From contig OZ024754.1 of NCBI GenBank assembly GCA_964016885.1, positions 8,060,001 to 8,124,000 on the forward strand: DNA of 64,000 nucleotides. Direction: 5' to 3'. Below, piece after piece: positions 39,949 through 54,330 of this stretch. The notes below the pieces were generated by a model. The model did not search any database, was not told the origin of the DNA, and worked only from the letters and a program-made list of their open reading frames with translations. The position numbers and the translations under genes were made by a program. Source of the DNA: Eledone cirrhosa. Lineage: Eukaryota. The stretch's first letter is position 1. Every line of letters begins with the position of its first letter.

Positions 39949-42900
39949 ATCTAGACTATACTAAGACTGTATACTAAGACTGTATACTAAGACTGTATAC
40001 TAAGACTGTATACTAAGACTATATACAAAGACTGTATACTAAAACTATATACAAAGACTATATACAAAGACTATATACTAAGACTATATACTAAGACTAT
40101 ATACTAAGACTATACTAAGACTGTATACTAAGACTATACTAAGACTGTATACTAAGACTATACTAAGACTATATACTAAGACTATACTAAGACTATATAC
40201 TAAGACTATATATTAAGACTATATACTAAGACTATATATTAAGACTGTATACTAAGACTATACTAAGACTGTATACTAAGACTATATATTAAGACTGTAT
40301 ACTAAGACTATATTAAGACTATATATTAAAACTGTATACTAAGACTATATATTAAGACTATATACTAAGACTGTATACTAAGACTATATATTAAGACTGT
40401 ATACTAAGACTGTATACTAAGACTATATACTAAGACTGTATATTAAGACTGTATACTAAGACTATATACTAAGACTGTATACTAAGACTATATACTAAGA
40501 CTGTATACTAAGACTATATACTAAGACTATCTACTAAGACTGTATACTAAGACTATATACTAAGACTATATACTAAGACTGTATACTAAGACTATCTACT
40601 AAGACTATCTACTAAGACTGTATACTAAGACTGTATACTCAGACTATATACTAAGACTATCTACTAAGACTGTATACTAAGACTATATACTAAGACTACC
40701 TACTAAGACTGTATACTAAGACTATATACTAAGACTATCTACTAAGACTGTATACTAAGACTATATATTAAGACTGTATACTAAGACTATATACTAAGAC
40801 TGTATATTAAGAATGTATACTAAGACTATATACTAAGACTATATACTAAGACTATATACTAAGACTATATACTAAGACTGTATATTAAGAATGTATACTA
40901 AGACTATATACTAAGAATGTATACTAAGACTGTATACTAAGACTATATACTAAGACTATATACTAAGACTATATACTAAGACTATATACTAAGACTATAT
41001 ACTAAGACTATATACTAAGACTGTATACTAAGACTGTATACTAAGACTGTATACTAAGACTGTATACTAAGACTGTATACTAAGACTGTATACTAAGACT
41101 ATATACTAAGACTATATACTAAGACTGTATACTAAGACTGTATACTAAGACTGTATACTAAGACTATATACTAAGACTATATACTAAGACTGTATACTAA
41201 GACTATATACTAAGACTATATACTAAGACTGTATACTAAGACTATATACTAAGACTATATACTAAGACTATATACTAAGACTATATACTAAGACTGTATA
41301 CTAAGACTATATACTAAGACTATATACTAAGACTGTATACTAAGACTATATACTAAGACTATATACTAAGACTATATACTAACACTATATACTAAGACTG
41401 TATACTAAGACTATATACTAAGACTATATACTAAGACTGTATACTAAGACTATATACTAAGACTGTATACTAAGACTATATACTAAGACTATCTACTAAG
41501 ACTGTATACTAAGACTATATACTAAGACTATCTACTAAGACTGTATACTAAGACTATATACTAAGACTATCTACTAAGACTGTATACTAAGACTATATAC
41601 TAAGACTATCTACTAAGACTGTATACTAACACTATATACTAAGACTATATATTAAGACTGTATACTAAGACTATATACTAAGACTGTATACTAAGATTGT
41701 ATACTAAGACTATATACTAAGACTATATACTAAGACTATCTACTAAGACTATCTACTAAGACTATCTACTAAGACTATCTACTAAGACTATATACTAAGA
41801 CTATATACTAAGACTGTATACTAAGACTGTATACTAAGACTGTATACTAAGACTATATACTAAGACTATACTAAGACTGTATACTAAGACTATATACTAA
41901 GACTATATACTAAGACTATATACTAAGACTATATACTAAGACTATATACTAAGACTATATACTAAGACTATATATTAAGACTGTCTACTAAGACTATATA
42001 CTAAGACTATATACTAAGACTATATACTAAGACTATATATTAAGACTATATACTAAGACTATATACTAAGACTGTATACTAAGACTATATACTAAGACTA
42101 TATACTAAGACTATATACTAAGACTATATATTAAGACTATATACTAAGACTATATATTAAGACTGTATACTAAGACTATATACTAAGACTGTATACTAAG
42201 ACTATATACTAAGACTATATACTAAGACTATATACTAAGACTATATACTAAGACTATATACTAAGACTATATACTAAGACTATATACTAAGACTGTATAC
42301 TAAGACTGTATACTAAGACTATATACTAAGACTATATACTAAGACTGTATACTAAGACTGTATACTAAGACTATATACTAAGACTATATACTAAGACTGT
42401 ATACTAAGACTGTATACTAAGACTATATACTAAGACTATATACTAAGACTATATACTAAGACTATATACTAAGACTGTATACTAAGACTATACTAAGACT
42501 GTATACTAAGACTATATACTAAGACTATATACTAAGACTATATACTAAGACTGTATACTAAGACTATATACTAAGACTGTATACTAAGACTGTATACTAA
42601 GACTGTATACTAAGACTGTATACTAAGACTGTATACTAAGACTGTATACTAAGACTATATACTAAGACTATATACTAAGACTATATACTAAGACTGTATA
42701 CTAAGACTATATACTAAGACTGTATACTAAGACTGTATACTAAGACTATATATTAAAGCGACGAAGTATCAAGCAGGAGTCTTAGAATAATGCCACCTAA
42801 TTCGAATTTAGATCAGGATCGACGTTTCTTCCAATCACTACTTCCATGTCAGTTTTTTAGGTCGAATATTACTGACATGTGGTTAGAATATCTAGGAAAC

Positions 42901-43160
42901 CAAATGTGAGGAGACCCAGGGCTGGACCCTGTGCAAGATGGTTGGATAGCATCCATGAGCATGGTTGGTTTCGCTTGTGGATCAAGTTGGATCAATTGGA
43001 GAGAGTTGCTACTGACTTTTAATAAGACCAGCTGGGTGACACGTTTGATTACTCTGCCCCCACATCCTTCCGCGAGTAAGTGGGCGAAGAAGAAGAATTA
43101 ACAATTGTTTTTATCTCAAATAGAGGAAATTGGAACGTTATCCACTGAACGTTCCTTAAA

Positions 43161-43196
43161 CCCTGATGAAGGGATTTTTAGGTCCCGAAATATTGG
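43161..43196 (+). ncRNA. Degenerate minimal hammerhead
   Basis: CC-CTGATGA-AGGGAT TTTTAG GTCCC-GAAA-TATT-GG; stem I only 2 bp. Confidence 0.4.
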
Positions 43197-46179
43197 ATAG
43201 ATAAAAGAACAACAACAAAAGAAATCAGATTACCAGGTAACTTTTACTTTTTGTTACCTCATCTTACAGTCCATGTTGCATTGTTTAGCCTTCTAACTCT
43301 TTCAACGATATAAAAGCCTGTGGCTTTCAAGATTAGTCGATTTACAAAAATTGCCAGAACACTTATCTCTATTTTATAGACATAAAATTTTATTAAAATA
43401 ATACCTCAGCTAGTTGAGGTAATATTCTTTCGTAGGTTAGCCAGGTATATTTGTAATTGTTGCTTCCTTGGTACAGGTAAAACTTCCCTGACCAGAGGAT
43501 ATAGTATTCCTTGCCTTGTCTTGCTGCCACTAGTACTAATATCACCAAAAGAATCCCTGGTAAATAGATGGACCGCCGGGACTGTGGGGAAGACAGCACG
43601 TGGGACCCCATTTGCTCACCAAACAAAGATGTGGAGGGCGAGAGAGACGGAGGCGATGACAGTGGGAGTTCGGCTCTTCCAAGTTCGGACCATATCCTTG
43701 TGGTTGTGTTAATTATCCATAGCGACAAGTTATTCTGATTCCTTTCCCTTCTCTTATATCATGTGGTGAGGTATTTCAGGCATCTTCGTACACATATGTC
43801 TGCTACACTGAACTATGTGTTAACTCAACAATATTCAATTCTCGGTTACATGTGACAACGAAAAACAAAAACAACAAACAACAAACAACCGACATGATAA
43901 AGTTTCTATTGGATGGAGTATGTGTTATGTATTATGTGATTCCTACTAAAGTCACTTTTATTTTTATTCCAATGTCTTTCGTGAGAGATGTGTAGTGACA
44001 AAGAAACCAAAGATAAAGTGCTTGACTGTTTTTTGTTTTCCCGTTGCAAGTATCTTTTTAGGGCCAATTGTTATTGTTGTTATTGTTCTTTACGAAATCT
44101 CCAGAGAAAAACGTAAAATTGACAGAAACACCGACTTTATTATATTCCGTTTGTTCAAAACTAAATCCAACTCGTTGCGATTTCTTTCCCTTTTTTCGGA
44201 TTTCCAAAAGGAAAAAGACGGATTAGCTGTCAAAAGGCGACTTGACAGGTCGGCAGGGATTAACAATCAATGTTTTTTTTTTTTTATTTAAGCAAAAGGC
44301 CAGCAATTTCAGAGATCAGGATGTCAATTATAGCAGTTACAGTACTTGAGACAATATATTCTATCAAACTATGATAGGGTAAATACAATGTCTGACAAGG
44401 ATAAATATTGCTCATGCAGACACGTGTACCCATTGCGAGATGGAATGCCTCTCCCTTAACATCCTCCGGGGAAACGCCCTCTCCATTCTGTCCGCCGGGG
44501 TGGTCAGCACGTGGGACCCCATTTTCTCACTATACAGAGAGATGGGGAGGGTGAGAGAGATGGGGGCGATGACGATGGGAGTTCGGCTCCTCCGTGTTTA
44601 GACACATTACACCTGTTAAGAGTGTATTTTCACACTCGTAAGGGACCTATATGTTTATTGTATATGAACCTATTATGTGTGTTTTCATTAAAACATGCTT
44701 AACTCTATCTCATGTATTAAATATTAAGAAATTGACTATGTTGTGTAGACACATGTAATTCTCAGGAAGATTCAGCAAAATACGAGGTTTGACAAGGCTG
44801 AATATTTCGCACAAAGACATGACCAAAAGAGGACATGAATGAACATCCACACATCTGCCGTTCCACACAATGTATCCCACATTAAACACTTTGCCGTGGT
44901 GGTACCTAGAAAGGAAGGGGCTAATAGGACCCAGTGAAGGAAAAGAGATAACATAAAGCGGGGTCTATAGACCCTAAATTGGTAAAGAAGTGACTTCATA
45001 TATACCCAAGGTTAACGACCTTCTTACATGTATCAAGAGAACGGAGAGCGTTTATCTACATATATAGACACATGTATATATTATCTACATATACAGTTGT
45101 AAGCTACATGTGTGTATAATATATAGACATTTATATATTATCTACATATACAGTTAGCTACATGTGTGTATAATATATAGACACATGTATATCTCTACAT
45201 ATACAGTTGTAAGCTACACGTGTGTATAATATATAGGTACATACATGTATATATTAACTACATATACAGTTGTAAGCTACATGTGTGTATAATATATAGG
45301 CACATACATGTATATATCTATATAATATTTACAAATATCAGTAGTAGTATGTCTGTTCCACAAAACAATACTAATCGTTTTCAAACACATTTTCCTCCCT
45401 CTCTCTCTCACTTTATCGATCGATCGTGAAAAATCAAGCTTTGAAATTCCAGAACTATTTGGCTAGATATAAATAATATTGTCCCTTAATTTGTATGGCC
45501 TCGTCACTCCTGATAGAGTCCTAGGTCGTAATCACACACGGCGTTTCTTGGACATTTTAAGCCTGGCAGAGCCCATTACTTCTCCAGGCCTGAGTGCAGC
45601 AGATTTCTTCCAGAGAAAGATAGAAAGAGGAAATGAGAAAGAGATATAGAGGAAGAATCGACCTCGGTACTAGACTGGATTGCACCATAATAATTGTTTC
45701 TACCTTTTGGCACAAGGCCAGCAATTATATCAGTGTATTACTGGTACTTTATTTTATCGACTCCGTAAGGATGAAAGGCAAAGTTAACCTCGGCAGGATT
45801 TGAACTCAGACCCTAAAGGGACGTAACTATGCTGAAAAGTATCGCGTCCGATAATTTACTGATACTGCCAATCCATCGTCGAGTTAACCTCGGCGGGATT
45901 TGAACTCAGATCATAAACGGCCGTAACTCTTTGCTGCTAAGCATGGCGTCCGACCCTCTACCGATACTACCAATCCACCGTCATAATCGATTACATGTAC
46001 CTCTCGACCAGGATTCAACCCAAGACCAGATCTCCATCGTCTCTAGTACCTACCACTAGTCCACTGAGATTGTACCTTAATAATTGTTTCTACTTTAGGC
46101 ACAAGGCCAGCAAATACCCGGTGCATTACTGGTACTTTATTTTATCGACCCCGTAAGGATGAAAGGCAAAGTCAACCTG

Positions 46180-47053
46180 TATAAAGAGAAGGCCTATTCA
46201 CTCGGGCCATTCTCGCCACTTTCACCCACCTTTCATAAAACTTGCTGGGGTACAGCAGCTCTCTCTCCATCCTGATTCTTCTTTCAAAGTGGTATTTTAA
46301 TAGATATATTTCTTTATTAGCCACAGGGGCACAAAAGAAGGGGACAAATACAAAGGGGGAAGTTTACATACAATAAAAACGTGTAAAATGTTATCACAAA
46401 TGGAATTTAAAAAAGTTAGTCGATTTTCCCAATAGAGGGAGACAGTTTATATGGGTAACACATACCCCCGAAAAAAATGTGCAACCCTCATCTCCAGGAG
46501 TACGAAGAGTTTGTACTCCTTTCCTCTCCTCCTCCTTTTCCTCAACCTACAGGCTGATATAAAGAGAAGGCCTATTCACTCGGGCCATTCTCGCCACTTT
46601 CACCCACCTTTCATAAAACTTGCTGGGGTACAGCACCTCTCTCTCCATCCCGATTCTTCTTCTAAAGTGGTATTTTAATAGATATATTTCTTTATTAGCC
46701 ACAGGGGCACAAAAGAAGGGGACAAATACAAAGGGGGAAGTTTACATACAATAAAAACGTGTAAAATGTTATCACAGATGGAATTTAAAAGTTAGTCGAT
46801 TTTCCCCAATAGAGGGAGACAGTTTATATGGGTAACACATACCCCCGAAAAAAATGTGCAACCCTCATCTCCACGAGTACGAAGAGTTTGTACTCCTTTC
46901 CTCTCCTCCTTTTCCTCAACCTACAGGCTGATATAGAGAGAAGGCCCATTCACTCGGGCCATTCTCGCCACTTTCAACCACCTTTCATAAAACGTGCTGG
47001 GGTACAGCACCTCTCTCTCCATCCCGATTCTTCTTCCAAAGTGGTATTTTAAT
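46180..47053 (-). mobile_element. About 2.3 tandem copies (377 bp) of an L1/Tx1-like 3' end
   Basis: LKYHF.RRI.MEREVLYPS.FYERW.KVARM...*, then a 3' UTR with AATAAA; paralogous ORF starts at 46451 and 46828. Confidence 0.6.
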
Positions 47054-47776
47054 AGATAGATAGATAAACAGATAAAGCAGTTCGTGTGTTTGTACATGAC
47101 TCTACCTAAACATAGATATCCCAAGGTTGATATGTTTTTCCCACGTGTATGACTGCATGATGTGATATCAAAGAGACGGTGGCGAGGTCGATAAACATTG
47201 CCTCCACTTGATCAGTAAATCGTAATAAACATTCATTCATTCATTTATCTATTTGTTCATTCATTCGTTCATCCAGTGGATGTTTCAATCATTCATTCAG
47301 CTATTCAGTAGAATCTATAGTGTGATGACAGTTCAACGCTATTATCCAATCAACATGGTAGTTGTAAATGTTTGCTGTATTCTTCCGTTACTATATATTT
47401 TCACGTCACTCATTCTGCCATTCATAAACACAGAAAAGATTCCGTTCGATATTTCTCTCACACTCTCAAACATTTCTTTTAATCTCATTCATCCCAAACA
47501 TGAAGTCACTCTGACAATATATATGTATCAATGTTCACCAGCCCACCCTCTCTCTGTGTATACAAGGGCCTTGTTTCAGGGGGGGGGGGGAATTAATTAG
47601 CATAAAATTTTACTTATGTGATAGGGTCCGGGAAAGGTAACTTAAGCCATGTATGCTCCTTTAAGAATCAACAAATGTTGGTTTGACCCCTCACATTGTT
47701 AAGGCAAACGAGGCGCGCGCGTGCGTGCGTACGTGCGCGTGCGTGCATGCATACGTGCACGTGTGCGCGTGTGTGT

Positions 47777-47931
47777 TTATCCAGAGTTCAATCGGGGGTA
47801 ACCACAGTAAGTAATGTACTCAATACATAGAGTATAAATATTGAATATAGAAATGGCTTCTACAGGACTTCGGGAGAATGATGATTTCTCCCGAATGAAA
47901 TAGTTCTAGTCCTGTAGAAGCCATTTCTATA
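47777..47931. mobile_element. Family B fold-back element with partial HHR
   Basis: arms 47846-47869 / 47908-47931; TGATGA-TTTCTCCCGAAT-GAAA...GTA^GAAGCC at 47879-47922. Confidence 0.7.
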
Positions 47932-48129
47932 GTGAATTGGCAGTATCGGTAGAGGGTCGGACACCATGATTTGACGCATAGAGTTACGGCCCTTGCCATT
48001 CTGAGTTCAAATCCCGCCGAGGTTAACTTTGCCTTTCATCCTTGCGAGGTCGATAAAAATAAAGTACCAGTAATGTATTGGGTAATTGCTGGCCTTGTGC
48101 CAATAGTAAAAACAATTTATATATATATA

Positions 48130-48171
<42 letters not shown>

Positions 48172-48174
<3 letters not shown>

Positions 48175-48360
48175 AACGAGTAGGACCCCGACGGCTGAGC
48201 TATAAAGATAAAAATGTTCATTTAGTCCAGAATTAGCCGTCGAAACGGCTTGAGCTCAGCCGTCGGGGTCCTACTCGTTCCTATTACCCACTCTACTACC
48301 CTAAGTATTGAGTACTTTGGTGCGTTATGGTCCACCTGGTTCCTTACCACATTTCCTTCG

Positions 48361-48362
<2 letters not shown>
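48172..48362. mobile_element. Family E fold-back element in (TA)n with HHR-like stem III and GUC
   Basis: GAAA-CGGC TTGAGCTCA GCCG-TC^GGGGTC; relatives at 30900-31030, 37780-37840, 48890-48990, 51565-51780. Confidence 0.6.
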
Positions 48363-48412
<50 letters not shown>

Positions 48413-49074
48413 TCCTCTATCTCCCTCTGATTCTCTCTGTTTCCCTTTCTCTCTCCCTCTCTACTAGGATTCATATTCTCCGTGTATACAAATGTGTGAC
48501 TTGGATCTATCTTTAAATTTATGTGTGTGTATACACGTGTCTGTCCTTCCTATCTGTATGTGTATGTATGGGTGTATGTATGTGTGTATGTAGATATGTG
48601 TGTATGTATGTATGTAGGTATGTAGGTATGTGTGTATGTGTGTATGTATGTATGTATGTATGTGTGCGTGTGCGTGTATGTATGTATGTATGTATTATGT
48701 ATGTATGTATGTATGTATGTATGTGTGTGTGTGTATATAGGTGTTTGCTCCCTTTGTGTGTCTACATGTGTATGCAGGTGTATATCTATATGCAAGTATG
48801 TGCTTCCAATGTAAGTCTATATATGTTATATACTTGTAGGCTATGAGCATGCCATCCCTGTGTATATATATATATATATATATAAACAAAGAAGGTGTGG
48901 TAAGATACTAGGTGGACCATAACACAGCAGAGTACTCGATACTTAGGGTAGTAGAGTGGGTAATAGGAAAAGAGTCAGAACCCCGGCGGTAATTGCTGGC
49001 CTTGTGCCAAACGTAGAAACAATTATTATTAATGGCGACTGAAGAATTAAGTGGTTCTTCTGAACATGAACTGC

Positions 49075-49692
49075 TCAAGTAGGGACACTAAGACATGAAA
49101 TACTCAAGTGGGGACAGTAATACCAAGTAGTGGACAGTAAGACAAAATAGGGGACAGTAAAACCCTCAAGTGGAGACAGTAAAACCCTCAAGTGGAGACA
49201 ATAAGACCCTCAAGTAGGGACAGTAAGACCCTCAAGTGGAGACAGTAAGACCCTCAAGTAGGGACAGTAAAACCCTCAAGTAGGGGCAGTAAGACCCTCA
49301 AGTAGGGACAGTAAAACCCTCAAGTAGGGGCAGTAACACCCTCAAGTAGGGACAGTAACACCCTCAAGTAGGGACAGTAAGACCCTCAAGTGGAGACAGG
49401 AAGACCCTCAAGTGGAGACAGGAAGACCCTCAAGTAGGGACAGTAAGACCCTCAAGTGGAGACAGTAAGACCCTCAAGTGGAGACAGTAAGACCCTCAAG
49501 TGGAGACAGTAAGACCCTCAAGTGGAGACAGTAAGACCCTCAAGTGGAGACAGTAAGACATGGGACCCTCAAGTGGAGACAGTAAGACATGGAACTCTCA
49601 AGTAGGGGTCAGTAAGACCCTCAAGTGGAGACAGTAAGGCATGGAACTCTCAAGTAGGGGTCAGTAAGACCCTCAAGTGAGGTCAGTAAGAC
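49075..49692. repeat. 22-bp minisatellite
   Basis: (GACAGTAAGACCCTCAAGTRGR)n. Confidence 0.92.
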
Positions 49693-50314
49693 AAAATTAG
49701 TTTCAAGATTTACAGGAAGAAGAAACAAACAGAAGTTAAAGAAAACAAAACGATGTTATTAAAGTTGAAAACTGAGAAGATGGAGGGGATTAAGGGGGAG
49801 ATAACTGGGAAGGAATAAAGATTGAGTAATAAATGTAATGTAGAAAGGTGTTGAAGGGATGGTGGAGGGTGTTGAAGGGATGGTGGAGGGTGTTGGAGGG
49901 ATGGTGGAGAGGGAGAAAGAAATTAAGAAACGATAAAAAGAAATATATATATATATAACTAATAAATAAACATTTATTCAAGAACCCTTCTCTATCCCTC
50001 TTTGCACACACAAACTCATACATCCATACTCACACACACACACACATCCATACTCACACACACACATCCGCACACAAACACACATCCACACACAAACACG
50101 CACATCCACACAAACGCACATACATCCACACACACACACAAATGTACACACATCCACACATCCACACACACACACACAAATGTACACACATCCACACACA
50201 CAAACAAACACAGAAAAACCAAAGACAACAGGTTTCAAGTGCTTCAGAAATAGAATTTCTAAGAGGATTAAATTGAATTAAGTGCAAATTTAAAGCGAAG
50301 CTGAAGCACATACG

Positions 50315-50370
<56 letters not shown>

Positions 50371-50409
50371 TATATATATTTATATATATATGTACATATA
50401 TATATATAC

Positions 50410-50440
<31 letters not shown>

Positions 50441-50451
50441 CATATATATAC

Positions 50452-50482
<31 letters not shown>

Positions 50483-50519
50483 CATATATATACATATATA
50501 TATATATACATATATATAC

Positions 50520-50572
<53 letters not shown>

Positions 50573-50579
50573 CATATAC

Positions 50580-50634
<55 letters not shown>

Positions 50635-50699
50635 TATATATATATATATATGTACATATATATATATATATATGTACATATATATATATATATATGTAC

Positions 50700-50799
<100 letters not shown>

Positions 50800-50804
50800 G
50801 TATG

Positions 50805-50849
<45 letters not shown>

Positions 50850-50879
50850 GTGTGTGTATATATGTGTATATATATATGT

Positions 50880-50957
<78 letters not shown>

Positions 50958-51094
50958 GTGTGTGTATATATGTGTATATATATATGTCTGTGTGTGCATA
51001 TATGTGTATACATATATATATATATATGTGTGTGTGTATATATATGTGTATACATATATATGTGTGTGTATATATATATGTGTATATATGTGTG

Positions 51095-51125
<31 letters not shown>

Positions 51126-51138
51126 ATATACATATGTG

Positions 51139-51169
<31 letters not shown>

Positions 51170-51181
51170 ACATATGTGTGT

Positions 51182-51215
<34 letters not shown>

Positions 51216-51219
51216 ACAT

Positions 51220-51259
<40 letters not shown>

Positions 51260-51525
51260 GTATATATGTACATATATATATACATATATATGTATATATG
51301 TACATATATATATATACATATTTATGTACATATATATATATATATATACATATACACATATATATACACACATATATATATAATGTGTGACGAAAGAGCT
51401 ATGACAATATATAAACAAACATCCGGTTAGCGAAACAACCAGCCAACCGGAAATATGTATGTAATAAATTGAAGTGAAAACATACAGATGCGTGTGTTTT
51501 TATTGGCAGCATGACTCTCCCAAAG

Positions 51526-51567
<42 letters not shown>

Positions 51568-51780
51568 GAAAAGAGTCAGGACCTCGACAGATGAGCTCCG
51601 GCCGTTTCGACAGCTAGATCCTTACGGAGTCATGTGATATGGATCGAAGAGTGCTCCACTACGGAAGTAGGAGCTAAAGAAGATTTCGGATCTAGGTGTC
51701 GAAACGGCCGGACTCCTTTTCTATTACCCACTCTACCACTTATGTATTGAGTACTCTGGTGCGTTATTGTCCACTTGGTG

Positions 51781-51816
<36 letters not shown>

Positions 51817-53109
51817 GGTGTATGCATGTGTGATGTTATGGAGTTTGCTTTGCCTTCACGTCGTTTCGGGTTCAATCCCACTGTGTGACCCCTTCGTGTC
51901 TTCTCTTAATGCTTTGGGTTAACTAAAGCCATTTGAGTGAAATTTCGTAGACACATCCTGTGTAAATGACCATCGTGTGTGTATTGTAACAGCTTATAAT
52001 AGATGAACGAAACTATTGAGTCTATACATAAACAGACTCATTAACTGCTTAATGAACACAACCACACGGGGTCCGAAAGTGAAAGAGCCGAACTCCCACT
52101 GTCGTGGCCTCCAACTCTCTCGCCCTCCCCATCTCTCCGTATGATGAGCAAATGGGGTCCCACGTGCTGGCCTCCCCATAGACCTGGTGGACAGAATGGA
52201 GAAGGCGTTTCCTCGGAGTATGGTAAGGGAGATGCGCTGTGTGTATTTACGTCCCATATTTTGTGATTCACGTCCAAAACAAGATCAAGAAAATATACGT
52301 CTTGAACAAAATAAATCCAGAGACCGATATGTAATCAATTAAAAACCCTTTAAGATGATGTTCAAGCATGCTGACTTAAACCAGTAAAAAAATAAAATAT
52401 ATCTAGAGGTCTGCAGAAAAAGACATAGCTCAGAGCTTTCACATTTCCTCCGAGATTGGAAAGAGTGATGTTCTTGATTTCCTATTTAAACTGTCACGGC
52501 GATATGCAAAGACAATTCCGGGGAGCCAATGTTGACTGGAAGGTTTTGGTGGTCATTAGTTCGGTGACTGGTGTAGTTAAATGCCTAGGGGAAGAGGTGT
52601 GTCTGCCCCAACGGTACTATGATTTGCGAAGTGCAGAGACCATTGAGGTACAATACAGAGGGAAGAAGAAAGCACGGAGTTAGAAGTTGGAGTATGTTAG
52701 TGTGTTACTTTAAACCAATTAGCCGAATGTTTGTTGTTTGTCTCTTTCTAGATGAGGTCTAATGTGCCAGTGTAAACAACAGCAGCACTACAACACATAT
52801 AGAAGCAGCACTCTATTGTAGGGTCTGAGTTTTTAGCTGTTGACATTTGAGTTATTTTCTGTTCATTTATACAAATATCTCCAGATGTTTACGACAGTAC
52901 TAAAGACAATCTTAACAGAATCAATTGCTGCAACCGCCAGCATAAACTTACAGGTTTGATTGTATGTTGAATGGATGTAGTACCACTACATCCATCAATC
53001 GATATTGAGTTTGTTGTAGAGAACTGTGTGTTGATGATTAGCATGATCAATGAACTGTTTCGCAATATCAATACCGAATAGCTGGGTCTTGATGGAATTG
53101 GCGTACCTT

Positions 53110-53230
53110 AGTTGTGACAATGAGGGTTCTTACAGTTCAGTCAACGTATCAACCTGCTCGTGAAATTGGCTGAGCATGCCACATACGTAGTTCTGAGGGA
53201 GAATCAATGACAGTCTGTGAATTGACCGTC
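53110..53230 (+). mobile_element. Second, older SINE-like repeat fragment
   Basis: GTGACAATGAGGGTT...CCTGCTCGTGAAATT; related GACGACGAGGGCTTCAGTTGAT at 37286-37310; recalled as a common octopus repeat. Confidence 0.4.
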
Positions 53231-53237
53231 TCTTTAA

Positions 53238-53963
53238 CCCTTTAGCAGTTAAGAATGTAAATAGGTTTATTTACAAGAGTTTATAACATTACCTATTAAT
53301 CCGTATGATGAGCAAATGGGGTTCCACGTGCTGGCCTCCCCACAGCCCCGGTGGATAGGATGGAGAAGGCGTTTCCCCGGAGGATGGTAAGGGAGATGCG
53401 TTGGAAGAACCATTCCAGCTCGCGAGGCTCACACCTGCGGCTGGCCAGCTCAGCGCCTATGGTGGTGAGTAGGAGAGTAGCCCTAGGGCCAAGGATACCA
53501 GAAGTCTCCACTGCCAAGGGTAGCCAGCTCAGCGCCTATGGTGGTGAATAGAGAGTAGCCCTAGGGCCAAGGAAAGTAGCCCTAGGGCCAAGGATACCAG
53601 AAGTCTCCACTGCCAAGGGTAGCCAGCTCAGCGCCTATGGTGGTAAGTAGGGAGGTAGCCCTAGGGCCAAGGACACCAGAAGTCTCCACTGCCAAGGGCA
53701 CGACAGCGAACCTGTCGGAGAGCGACCGTACTTGGAGAGTTTGGCTTCCTCAGCACTACTCTATATATATACTATTGTATTTTTGTGGTAATGGCTTTAC
53801 CTCACATAATTATCTCAGATAATATTAAATCTATGAGATTTTGATGTTATTTATTTTGAGAACAATACATAAACATCAGTATGAGCAGCCGGCTATGGCC
53901 AATTCGAACAGAAAAAGGTGAGTGAATTCTGGCCGGATACCTGCCAGTTTAAATGCTAAAGGG
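53238..53963. mobile_element. piggyBac-type MITE hosting a nested CRE-like fragment
   Basis: TTAA-CCCTTTAGCA ... TGCTAAAGGG-TTAA; related degenerate end at 26104-26190. Confidence 0.65.
53296..53735 (-). mobile_element. 3' end of a CRE-like (RLE) non-LTR retrotransposon with internal tandem duplications
   Basis: VPLAVETSG.LGPRA...FFQRISLTILRGNAFSILS, a typical CRE-clade C-terminus; shorter copies at 43570-43720(+), 44445-44600(+), 52040-52240(-). Confidence 0.7.
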
Positions 53964-54330
53964 TTAAATAACACGTAGAAGTCACATGTGGACTGAAGCA
54001 ACGTGAACTAGTACCGTGATCGTGGGCACAACGCGTGCTTGGAGTTTATCTTATAATCGTACAGTCATTAGTTGAATACGCTGAACAGACCTGCCAACTC
54101 TCCCCGTCCGAGGGGGGAGATCACCCACCCATTTGGGGATGGGTGAGAGATGTCTTCTCTTGTGAAAATAGGTATAGCTTTCATTATGTAAAATCAACGG
54201 AGAGATCTCCCATCCATTTTTTTTTTGGGGGGGGGGGTCTTCTCATGTGAAAATGGGTATAGCTTTCATTATGTAAAATCTCCCCATTTCTCTCCCTTTT
54301 GAGGCACTTTGTTTTCATGACATTCCCCGT

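Larger units (their letters stand above)
39367..42754. repeat. 13-bp satellite (CTAAGACTRTATA)n
   Basis: 13-bp period over about 3.4 kb, interrupted by the U2 fragment and the hAT MITE. Confidence 0.95.
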
